64,000 nucleotides of DNA from Chlorokybus atmophyticus (Eukaryota > Plantae > Mesostigma and Chlorokybus algae): positions 768,414-832,413 of the forward strand of contig RHPI01002090.1 in the NCBI GenBank assembly GCA_009103225.1, in the 5' to 3' direction. The translations under genes and the position numbers were made by a program. The notes under the pieces are model-generated. The model did no database searches. It worked only from the letters and a program-made list of their open reading frames with translations, and was not told the DNA's origin. Below are positions 49,467 through 61,180 of the stretch, piece after piece (positions within the stretch are counted from its first letter, which is position 1; each line of letters starts with the position of its first letter).

Positions 49467-51505
49467 CTACCGACAGCAACCCGAGATTGCTCTTCGCCTC
49501 CACCTTGTTGTACACCCACTCCCACAACCAAGGTGTCACAACACCTGACAGACGCTCTGCATCTAGGCCTACATGACACCCTCGCACAACGCCACGCAAA
49601 CCCAGCCGACGCCGACGCCGTCTCCTACCGTAGCCACAGCCTTCGCACACCGCTTGCAGCATGCACTGCGCCCGCGACCCCCCAGGACGTACGCCCCAGA
49701 ACACTGTCGCTAGTCGCAAAATAGCAGCACTCGCGGCCCAGCGCGGGTATGACGCAACGCTGCCGCCAGCTCAACCGCCGCCGGCGCCCTCCCGTCGTCC
49801 TCTCCGGCCGCCCCCGCCGCCGCCCGCCCAGCCAGGGACTCCTGCACAGTGTGCAGGTTGGCCGGGTTATTGGTTCAAAAGGATTTTAGGGCTACGGCCG
49901 CACAGTGCCGTACGCAGACCGAATCCCAAGATCTCGCCTTGTGCATGACTGCATTCTCCCTCGCACTGCTGCTTTCCTGGAAAAAAGGCAGGGGGAGTCA
50001 TTCACGCTTTGACCGAACCTGCCCGGCCCATGCCACGATGCAGCTGCTACCTTCTGGGCGTCACTCTGCCCGCACTGACTCGCGCAAGGCGTTGACACTG
50101 CCATTGCGAGTGATGTCGAGTTTGCAGCTCCGCGACAAGCTGTGACCGGCGTGAGGATTGTGCAAAAAGGGTCCGCTTGTGGAAGACATTGACGGGGTCG
50201 GGGACATGATTGCGACCGGACAAGCAAAGCGGTTGATGGACGACGTTGTCCGCACCATGCGTGCGCATTGTGCGAGCGGCCGAGCGGCGCGCGTAACAAG
50301 CGTTTCGGCGCGCTCACCTTCACTAAGGATTGCGCGTCCCCGCCGTGTCAGTCGCGCAGCGCGACTTGCGCTGTCGAACAAGCTGCAAAAGTCGGCAGGG
50401 AAGACTTTCAAACCGAAAAGCACACTTTGCGCGACTCATCATGGCGCTAGGCATGCCTACGCTGCACATGGATGGTGCGCGGGAAAGAAAGCGTTTACAA
50501 TGTGCCATGCGTTAGGCTCCTACCTTTAGGAGCGCTGGAGCCATGTGTTAAATACTTCAAGAGTTTGCAATTTGCAACTTATTGATCATCAAGTATAATA
50601 GACTTAATATTTTGGAGATACTTGCTTCAATTATTTCAATACATGGTATGTTAGACCGTAACAACTTTGCAAGAATGGTATTATACATTACAAGCACTTT
50701 AGTCTCAAAGATGCACCAATGAGAAACCATTCAATCGCTATATGCATTATAAATCAGTTGCACAATTACGGACTTAGCAACACGGTCATTGATTGGGCAA
50801 GCATAATACGGCTTGAATGTTGGATATCATGTTGATTAATGTACTGACATTACAACTTTCGTTCAATCAGCTTATACATTTCCCCTACTCTCATGTTTCG
50901 CAATGGGGCAAAGACGCGACACTTTATCATCATTTATGTCTTACGCATGCTTTACCACGTCCATTGACGCGTATGCGCATTGCACATATGCACATGCATA
51001 ATGGCTCAATTCGGCATTTGCTCACTCGTGGCGCTGTGCATCATATGTTTTATGCAAGCCTTGATCGCTGTCTTTGCCACTGCTGCTTCCTGCTTCCCCT
51101 GCCTACTACTTGCTATCAGTCTTATTTGTCAGCCACTGTTGGTTGTTTTTAATTTGCAAGCACTAAGCTGTTTTGGGCTTAGGCCAGCCCTGAGCACGTT
51201 GCATGGTCGTTGGCATTGCTTATTTGCTCAATGTACATTATATCCTGCTCATATGATTTGCTTTTTATAAATGTATTGTGTGCGCTAATACGCGTGCTGC
51301 AAGCACATTTTAAGTAAGACTCGATGTGGGGGCTTGTACGAGTACACGCTTATGGGGCTGACGAAAGTCTCTGTTCGTTACTTACATAAATAAAACGGAC
51401 CAAGTGGGGATTTCATCTGTTAAGCTGTGCAATGCTTGGCAATCATGTTCACGCGGTCGTCTTCATGTTTCCTCATGATCTGTAGACACAATACTACACA
51501 AGGCA

Positions 51506-51960
51506 TTAATTAATACTAATATATGCTAGCACAGAGCTATTCAACGTTGATCCATATGTAAGCCTCATGTTACAGTGCTGTGACAAGACGGCTTGTATGG
51601 TAGTCTCAGAGTTGATAATAGCAGTTAACGTTAAACTTCTGTCATCATGATAAAGACTGCCATTATGTGACAGTTGATACTCCCAAGGTGGGGTTGACGT
51701 TCCCGAGGTAGGGAATATGTTAGCATGTGTTAACAGATTAGCGCACACTGTCAAGAGCTTGTGAGCCACCATGGTGTGTGTTAGGTCGGAGAGCAACAAG
51801 GGTGTATAAGCTGAGTGGCAGCTACTGGTGGGCATTGTCACGAAGTGGGTAATGATGAGCTTAAAAACCCAAGAACTTGGAACCCACCTAGGTCTTTATG
51901 GTTGAGTCCGTGAGGCTCCGTGTTACAGGCATCAACCTGTGTGTGCACTGATGATTTGCT
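51506..51960 (-). mobile_element. Possible highly decayed Ty3/Gypsy pol remnant (RNase H / integrase linker)
   Basis: Minus-strand translation has TQP*RPRW..FKLII and HNGSLYHDDRSL..IQAVLSQHCN, loosely like TQP.L..RQARW..F...I and DGLLYYKDRL.VP..IL...HD. The match is weak and interrupted. Confidence 0.25.
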
Positions 51961-53008
51961 ACGTATATGTAGGGTGCTTGCCTAGTAGCTGTTGGAGGGG
52001 CTCACCCCCTACCACTGTTGTGGGGGTAGTGTGTGTGCGTGCACGTGTGCGTGCTTGTTAGTGTTTGGAGCCGGAGGTGGTCATCCAGAGCTTCATCCTT
52101 GGTGCGGTGCTGCTGGTCTACCACCTGGGTGCTGCATCAATGTGCGTGGTAAAGTCTTTGTGTGAGTACATAAGTCTACAAGTGCTACCAAGCAGATAAG
52201 TAAATGCCACGTGTTACAATACTTGAATGGACTGTATTCATGTTATTATTTGCGATAAACTGTGCCGGTTTGCACGCACCCGCAGAAACCATTCACTTAA
52301 AGATTTTGATTGCATTGCATCCGAGTGCCCGCCTGCGCCATTCGAGCACAGGCGCCACAAAGCATGCCGTCTATTGCATAACTCGATGCAATTGCTCACC
52401 ATCAATCGCGGCGATAACAAGTCAACAAGGTTGGCTAATATCGGCATGTTGCAAATAGCACATGTAGTGGAGAATTGAAAACAAAAGAATATCTCAAACT
52501 TCGTGAGTTCAACATACTCACCATATAGTACTCACATTCATCTCGTTTTGCATTGTTTATACATCTAATAAACATGATCAATGAAGCAATTGTCATAATA
52601 AGGGTTTTATGCAATCACACGAGGGCAACTTTGCACAAGGCATCACAACAAGCATATGTGAACAAGATATCAAAGCTCCTCCCCCTACACATTCCCATGC
52701 CGTTTTTATGTACACAAGCACCACAATGCAGGCACCTTTTTGTGTGTGTGTTGCAATATGGACTTTCGGGGTAACACAAGCAGCAAAAAACAATTGTAAA
52801 TACGACATGTAATCTACTAACTTACAAGAGTGATTGAAAACATGGTATACGCACACATGGCAGCAGTCTCACTATAGCGTGTTTGGCTCAGGTACGAACT
52901 GTGGTGGTGGGCTATGCGCTGCAAGCCCAACTTCTGCCCAAGGACAGAAATTTGTATGCTTGTTCGTTGTGCTTGCTCGTTTACAAACTTGAAATGCAAG
53001 CATGCACT

Positions 53009-53202
53009 GTGTACATCAAATGCAAGACATGCATGCGCATGCACAACGTGTAGTCAAGTCAGCATGCAGCAACACATGCAAGGTACATCAAATGAAATTC
53101 AGTTGACCACCGGGCTACTACTAGCACGCTAATCTACCGCCTCTACCCCGTTAGACATGCAGCAGTCAACATGCAGTTGGTAATCACCTGCCCACATGGG
53201 CG
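53009..53202 (-). mobile_element. Short dispersed repeat, copy 2 (inverted relative to 5506-5698)
   Basis: The reverse complement reads cgcccatgtgggcaggtgattaccaactgcatgttgactgctgcatgtctaacggggtagaggcggtagattagcgtgctagtagtagcccggtggtcaac..gcatttgatgtacac, matching 5506-5698. Confidence 0.8.
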
Positions 53203-53591
53203 TGTGTATCGTGACAATTACAATATGAAGTTATACATGGAAGGCTCATCAAGGAGTTCGCGAAACTGCAGCGTGCCTTTATGCAATGCTTGTTCTTGAT
53301 GTTGAGCACATTGCAAGTTCTCCGATGTACTGCTTGACACACAAACGCATGAATCACTTAATTCAATACAAATGAAGCAGGGTGGCATGCAGCAATGTAT
53401 GTTATGCACAAACCAAGTTGTGCAAGGTATGTCAACGCCTTGCGCACTGCGCCGTTGGTATAACTGTGTGTGCATTTCTTATCAAAGCCGCACCATAATT
53501 TTGGTGGAAGCCTTCTGGCCAACCGATGTGGGAGTGCCAGAAGTACTACTGGTTGTTGTGCCTATTTCTGAACACCACTTACCAGCTGGAG

Positions 53592-55774
53592 TTATTGGCA
53601 GCCAAGTGCGGCAGAAACAGCAGCCCGTTCTCGCAACTCTTCTAAGTTCCATGCTTCTGACACCAAATACGTGCCTGACATGCACACATGTCACGACTAT
53701 GTGTACTGCGAGAGGCATTCCAGCAAGCTGGCGGGATGCAGCTTGAAGAAAAAGGGGTTTCAATACTTACCAATGGCTTCACGTCGTAGGGCAGTAAGGT
53801 GTGCTGCACTGCAAGGTGAAACCGTATGAGGGTTGATTTGGCAAAATAAGCAAATGACACGCGTGCCAACATGCCAGCTTACTAAGTTGCATTGGAGGAG
53901 GCGGGAAACCATGCATGCAGCACGTGCACGAGTAGCAAACAACCATACCTATCCAGTGCCCGAGCAAAGTCGGATGCCAAACTCCGTATGTATGTGCCTT
54001 TGCTGCAGACAACACGAAAGTGGACAGCTTGCCTGCGCGCAAAAACATGCTGCGATGAGATACAAAACTCTAAATGAGGCCAGCGTATCAGCTGGCAGCT
54101 GGCATGGGCCATGCATCATGGACATATTCAACATGCCTGTCCACAGGGTCTCTGTTGACCTCAAATACATCTATCCGCACTGTACGAGCAGCAACTGCAA
54201 TTGTCTCTCCTCTACGGGCCTTTTCATACAATCGCTCTCCGTTCACCTGTGGCGTCAGTACTGAGCAACAGTTTCGCAGGCAACTTGGCTGTCACTTTGC
54301 ACAACCAACAGAGCACGCACGCACGCACGCGCAGCGTGTCCAACTTGCCCCGTGCAGAACAGACAACTACAACATGCCAATGAGCAGAGCTTGATGCCTG
54401 TATTGCCGAGTACATGGGAGGAATCTGCTGAATTTCACCCATAAATCGCTCCGTGGTGCTGGCAAGCATGTCGTCCGTAATATGCTCCCAGTCCTTGGTT
54501 TCGATAACCTGCTCAGCAGAAGGCCCGCCAGTTACACTGATACCAAGGGGACGACTGAACAATGCTTGCAGCATCTACTCTACTCATTCTCACACAGAAG
54601 CAGTACCAGCGTTTCTGCATCATAAGACGCAGTGTGTTCTCCTAACCTCAGCGTCCCGGTGTACTCCTTGGTCATTGCCTGATAACTGTCACATGAATAG
54701 CCTGCTTCATTGAATATGGATGCTGCAACAGCCAGACAAGTCATGCACCACGACTTATAGTGATGAAGGAACCTCATTCCACATCACCAAAAGTTGCACA
54801 GCCAACCTGTCTGCAAGCTTCGTGGCGCGCCCAACGCAACATATCAGCAGCCCCGTTGCCATCGGGTCTAGCGTCCCGGCATGGCCGACCTGAAGGACAT
54901 CAATGATAATGACAACTGAGCACAATGTTCAAGTATCTTGAAGGAGCGTCATTGTTAACCTTACCTTGCGAATATTTGCAATCTTCCTCAGTCTTGCACA
55001 AACTCCAAAAGACGTAAGACCTGCCCATTGTGCGTGGTCAACATCAGAGGTATGCACCGCCTCTCTAGTTCACGAACGACAAAGCATCAAGAAAAAAGCT
55101 TCAGGAGGCGTAACACAACAAGAAGATGATCTACCACCGCATGCAGTATGGGGCTACACCCGCCACACAGTCTGTGACACAGAGCCAGGTCTTGCACGGC
55201 TGCACCGAAACGAGGGTGCAATCCTGCTGCGCAATGTAACATGCAAGCATGGTTGCTTGCCTTTTGGCTTGTCTACAAGCACCACCACACCGCCTTCGGC
55301 ACTCCAGTCGACAGGCAGGTCAGCACCTTTCACTAGAACAAGCGGCTCAAACTTAGGCTTCTTGACGGGTAGAGCAGCAGCCAATGAAGCCACGGTCGCA
55401 GCCAGGGCGCGCTTGTGGTCAGCTTGTCTGCACGACATTGCTGAGTCAGTGAGGTGTAGCTGTGAAACGCACTCCACTTGCGCAAACAGATCCCTTCACG
55501 CATTGGCATGCCTCCACATTGAGACGGTGATTGCACAGCGTAAACAGATGGTTGTGCTTGCAAGGGAAGGGAATTGAGCTTACCCCATGCAGCCTAGCAC
55601 GCCGCCTGGCGTGCAGGAGGAGGTGAAGACCGGACGACAGTTGCGCCTTGCGCTTGCTGGCAGGCAACGGCGCGGTAGAGGAAGGAGCAGCTCCGGTCGG
55701 TGAAGGCATCCGCGCAGCACTGCCGCCCTGCCAACGCCCGCCGCCGTCGACGCCGTGGTCGTCGTCCACATCAT
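53592..55774 (-). CDS. truB: tRNA pseudouridine(55) synthase TruB, probably organelle-targeted (multi-exon)
   Basis: Thr/Ala/Arg-rich N-terminal transit-like peptide; VVLVDKPK|[19 protein letters not shown]|[27 protein letters not shown]; [25 protein letters not shown]; [13 protein letters not shown]; [22 protein letters not shown]; [11 protein letters not shown]|[14 protein letters not shown]. Confidence 0.93.
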
Positions 55775-55888
55775 TGCTGCTCACTCATGGGTGTCGGCAG
55801 CAATGTAGCTGGGTGGCGCTGAGCGGCCAGCTTCCAGCAGCGGCGGCCCGGGGTTCGGCATGCTGGCAATCTGAGCTGTGCAGCAGAG

Positions 55889-58800
55889 ATGAAGTCGTTC
55901 GGGGGCGCTGTGGCTGCAGCGCTCACTGCACCTCCTCCAGCAAGAGTGCGCTTCTGCGTTTACGACAGCCGCAGGGGCCAACGGGAGGTGTGCCACATGG
56001 CCTTGATGATTTTTGCAGACAACGGCGTCATTGCGCAGCTTGCTGTAGACAGCACACAATCACCACATGCAATTGTGTTTGTGCATGTGTGGTATGGCTG
56101 ATGTGCGAGCTAAGCATGCTAGAGATCAAGAGTATGTGGCCTGGCTGTTAACTCGTTCAACTAGTAGATTGGTACAAGAATACCAAGTTAAGGCTGCGCG
56201 CGTCGTCCACTCTACCTGTTGCATGAGCTGTACATTGTTTGTGCACCAATTGTGTACTGCCACATCACTGTACTGAACCAACCTGCCTTCCTGCCTTGCT
56301 CATCGTCACTGCGGTGTTGGCATGCTTTGACATTACAGCATAGACTATTTCGCTATGCTTTTGCTTGCGGGTATGCTGTGCTGAGCGGCACCCGTTGCTG
56401 GTTCGCCACAGGGAGAAGAAGCTGAGAAGGTCCTTTGCTTTCTGCCCAGTGAGGTACCAAAACAGGAACAGCTTGCTTGGGTTGGACTCAGCCAGGCTCT
56501 GGTGAACTTTACCAGGTGTGTTCTCACCGCAAGTATATGCACTGTGCGTTTGCATAAAGTGCGTGTACTGTGGATATATGGTCTTTGCGCAACAACCACT
56601 ACTTGCGGTCTTGTCAACTACTTGCGGACTCTTAAATAATCAGCGCAAAGGAATGCTTCTGAAGCACTCCGCTGCAGCACATTTTCACCAGACGCGCCTT
56701 GTGAGATCATGCAAACTGAGCATCATCGGCATGCGTACTGGGAGTGCGAGCCAGGCATCTGGATGCTGCTGGTGGGTTGCTGTGCGCCACGGAGCGCTGA
56801 TGATGGCAACAAGTGTAGGATGACACGCCGCTCACAGTCTACTCACAGGAGGTGGAGAGTAACTTGCAATTGGATAGCCACCCCCACGACGACACACTCC
56901 GATCCATACTTCGCCTCGGCCACAGGTGCATGCATTTCGTGCAAACGGGTAGAGGTTGGGACTGTGAGGCGTGTCATCTGCAGTGTTCAGTAGCTCTTTC
57001 TTTGCATAAGCAGGTTGTTTGCACTGTTTCATGGCTCCATTGGTCAGCTACTGGAAAAGGAAGCGCCGGATGCAAGGCATGCGCGTCGACTGCTGCACCT
57101 GTTCTTTGACGATTACGTCTCTGAGCTGAGAGGTAAGTGACACCAGGCTGCTGCTGCAGTGGATGACAGGAAGTAACAATGTCGGTTGTGCAACCAAGCA
57201 TAGTACGAAGGCAAGGGGGCGAGCTCTCCTTGGCAGATGGTCTGCGCCAGCGTGGACACATTGAAGTGTTTGCTGCAAATCAACAGCTTGTACAGGCTGC
57301 GCAGGTGTGCCCAGTGCATTACAACGTTTCGAGCTATGTCACTGCTTGTATAATTCTGTAGTCACGCCTGCAATAAGACTCACCCAAACAGTTGCGTATC
57401 ATCTGCTTGCTGTCGATCACTTTTGTTGTACGCTGCCGTTGCCTTATGTCCTGCCTAGTAATCTACAGCTGGCACCACACAGGACGTTGTACATAGCGTA
57501 TATTCAGGCCTTGGCCACGGTGCTGTTAGGTACGTGGTACTACTGCCCTGTAATCCTCACCTCTGCTAGCCTCCCCTTGAGCATGTTACGATCATGGGCT
57601 GCAGGTTACAGTTGCATGGTGCTCTCACTCCATAATGACACTATTGGGTGCATGAACACTATGCGTGCATCATGTTATCTGGCGTTATTGCTGATATTTC
57701 GTCCCTGCTGGTCAGGTACTCAATGGTGTTGTACAAGCAATTCTACCTGTGGAGTGACGTTGAAATGGTGCAGCTCAGTGCGTTCATTGCATAACTTATG
57801 TGCCTTGCACTGTCGTAGTAACAGCTGTGTCTGGTATTGCATTGCAGGATGATGCAGCAGCGCTGTACAGCTATGCTTTGCATGCTGTTGTACCTGGTGC
57901 ACCCGGACGAATGTCTGGGCGCCAACAACAATCCAGGCCCGCCAGCCCAAAGCATGCATACAGCGCTGCAAGCAGACGCTTGGCTGCCACCTCTCCACTG
58001 TGCCCGGCAACGTGGCAGCAAGATGAGCACGGCTTCCTAGGCTCTTCGTGTTCCTACGCTGACGTTGACGGACTGATTGCTGTACAGTTCAGAGGAGGCG
58101 CCGAAACCTGCCAGCTGCTTGCGTGGCAGGTGCAGTCTCTGCTGCCACCCACATCCGTGTCATGCTCTTGCAACTACGCAACTCGACAACCACATGCTCA
58201 CCGTGCGCTAATGCAGCGTGATGCGCTCACCATCCTGTTGCTGCTGCCAAGTCCACCACCTTTGCCTGCGTCCTCCGTTCAGTCCAAGCTGCTTGAGCTG
58301 GTGAGTGCACAACGCAACTCTCATGACAGCAGGTGGTCTGGTCAGATAGAGTCCGCGCCTGACGTGGTCTGTGTGAAGCTGGTGCTGACTCAAACGGGCG
58401 TTCAAGTGCTTCAACTGTGTGCAAGTCTGGCTAAGGAGCTGGCTTCCATCAAAGATGGGTATGCAGCATGCTTGCAGCACATGTTCAACGTTGGCATAAT
58501 TTACTAAAGGAGTGCCCTGCATGTGCGTCAGCAATACATCTTGACTTTGTTGTTGCCTTAGTCATATACCAGGGTATCGCTATCTGTACGTGGATCGTAT
58601 GCATCTGGCTGTTCGAGCGTCTCCTGATAAAAAGGTCCAAAGAGTGCAGCAAGATTACTGTGCAAAATTGCTTGCTTCCGCTAAAGTTATCCATCTGCAA
58701 CTATATCAGCATTGTACAATGCCTCTCGGCTTACTTTTGTGTCCAACTTCTCTGACAGGTTGCAACTTTATCACGAGACTCTCTCGCTGTTCTCAATCAG

Positions 58801-59233
58801 GTAGATGGGCAGAGAACTGTGTTGCTAATGAAGTCTGAACCAAGTTTTGCAACGTCATGTACCTGGATAGCTGCGCAGGTGCGAGATGACTTGCTTGCAA
58901 GCTGCAAAGCTGGCACTCTCAGCGAGCCTTGTGAAGTGGCGGTCAGATCAAAACAAGGCGCCTGGGTTGTAGCACGCAGGTATGTAGTGGTTTCACGCAG
59001 TGTACTTGATTTGATTACGTGTGGGGGATGTACTCAACCTCTTGCTGCAGATCAAATGAACAAGAGCTGTATGTTGTTATGGAACGCATAGGCGATACAC
59101 TCATGGAGGCCCACTCAGCCATTGAATGCCTTAGTGCCGGGTAACTGTTTAGCTAGCCTGCAGGTCTCCGGATTGATCTCATTTGCTTGTTTGCTTGCCC
59201 AGTCACTTTGACGGGGCGTTTTCAACTATGTGA
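55889..59233 (+). CDS. CCZ1: Vacuolar fusion protein CCZ1 (MON1-CCZ1 Rab7 GEF subunit; multi-exon)
   Basis: Splicing gives RFCVYDSRRGQRE|GEEAEKVLCFLPSEVPKQEQLAWVGLSQALVNFT|STFSPDAPCEIMQTEHHRHAYWECEPGIWMLLV (first longin domain) and a C-terminus EVAVRSKQGAWVVAR|RSNEQELYVVMERIGDTLMEAHSAIECLSA|GHFDGAFSTM*, as in plant CCZ1. Confidence 0.9.
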
Positions 59234-61059
59234 CAAGAAGAAGGCTGCCCAAGCTCAGAAGGCGAATCACAAGATGTGCAAGGGTTGCACATGGTTGTTG
59301 ATTTGCGATGCAATTGCTTGTGGGCATTCAAATGATCTGGGGGGCGCAGTCGTGACCCAAGCAACCTGAATGCTGTCGTGCTCTGTGCGCCCTTGCGCCC
59401 TTGTGCGGCCCACGCCTTGCTATCTTCATAAGCATGCATTCACCTACTTACTATCCAAAAACATCAACATTGCCGCACTCGTTTTTGTGTTTGCCCCCAC
59501 CCCTGCAATGTTGGTGACTTGGCTGCCATATATCATGGCGGCCAGCTATATCGCTTGCCGATGGTTGTGCATGCGATGTTCAGCACAGTAATCAATGCAA
59601 TATGCACACATGGGTAGCAGGATACATGGGTAGCTGTGCACAAGCATGTCAAGTTGAAAGGGGCGATGAAGTGTGGAACTTCTCATGCCTTAATGTTTGT
59701 AATCACCACTTCTATCCAGCACGCGCGTGGGGGCGGCATGGAGGGGAGGCGCGGGGGGGGGGATGNNNNNNNNNNNNNNNNNNNNNNNNNNNNNNNNNNN
59801 NNNNNNNNNNNNNNNNNNNNNNNNNNNNNNNNNNNNNNNNNNNNNNNNNNNNNNNNNNNNNNNNNNNNNNNNNNNNNNNNNNNNNNNNNNNNNNNNNNNN
59901 NNNNNNNNNNNNNNNNNNNNNNNNNNNNNNNNNNNNNNNNNNNNNNNNNNNNNNNNNNGGGACATCTTAGTCAGGTGTCATTGCGATGCTACAGCTTGAC
60001 AAGACAATGTATGCAGCCGAAGTCAGCGTTTGCGAGACCTTGCAACATATGTAGTTTACAAGCAGGCGGTCTTGCAAATCTCGAGGGATATGCATCGTGT
60101 AGGCTGGCGGCGGCGTGGACACGATTAGTGCGATATTTGATGGAACACCGTGTTCCATGGCGTATGGGGCATATATATGAGACATGAGGCTCTTTTATTG
60201 ACAACAAATTTTGCCATAGCATAATCTTAAATGTGTCATAACATCAAATCTCGATGCACAGCGTCGCTAAGTAGTTGGCTACTCGGTAGCAAGGAGAGGC
60301 TCTCCCTTGCCCGCCTTTGAATTGCGACTCTACCCAAACTATGCTAAAGTCCTTTCGTATCTATCCGAAACGGGTGGTGGTGATTGTAAGTGGCGCACAT
60401 TAACAGTGTCTGATAAGTGTTGAACATCATGTCACACGAAACCCGATGATATAAGATTTGACTGAAGAGCAACAAGTGGTATATAAGCTTCGCTGCCGTA
60501 TAGTAGCATTATGTGTGTGCTTTTTGAATGGCAAATTTTGCAACTGATGCAACGCTTGATTAGGAGTTTTTGAAGATGCTCTTCTTATTATTCCGTATAT
60601 GTTCTTGACAGCGTGCACACCCGCGATACCCTCTGAAGGTACGTATGCACGCCGCCGAATGTACGTCATGTGTCATATGTGCACATACCACATGAATGTG
60701 GTGCATGCGCATGTGTGGGCTCATGCCTGTTATTAACCTTGCATATGCCTGCAATCTCAAGCCGCTTGGCACACACGCCGGTAATGTGTGAAGCTGAGGA
60801 AGGTGTTACACGTCAGTCTGTATATGTTCATGTGTTTTCGTGCCGCGGGTGTCACGCCCAAAGGGCTGGCAAAAGTCACTCTCATGTTCCTTACTTATGT
60901 GGTAAGTAAAAAAAACTAAGTGAGAATCCCGTATAGTCAAGTTGTGTAGTACTTGGCATATGTGCTCATGAAATTAGTACTTGGGCACTTGGTGTGCAAG
61001 GGCGTTGTAGCTACACATAGGCGCTGTCTACCAGCAAGCACAGAGCTGGTCGGTGTCAT

Positions 61060-61180
61060 ATGTCCGCATGTATATGCATATGGTTGCATATGCATGCATG
61101 TGTCCGCATATGAGTTCATATGTGCGGATATGAGTGATGTATGCATGTGTATGCATATGTCCGCATATGTATGCATATGT
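61060..61180. repeat. ATGC-rich simple repeat
   Basis: Recurrent gcatatg / tgtccgcatatg / tatgcat units. Confidence 0.8.

Noticed and set aside
56094-56276. ORF MADVRAKHARDQEY.. as the start of the + strand gene
   Set aside because: Lies inside CCZ1 intron 1 (55988-56411); the CCZ1 longin motif only forms when it is spliced out.
60427-60669. CACTA/Harbinger transposase-like snippet (GVHAVKNIYGII)
   Set aside because: Too short and no flanking conserved motifs.
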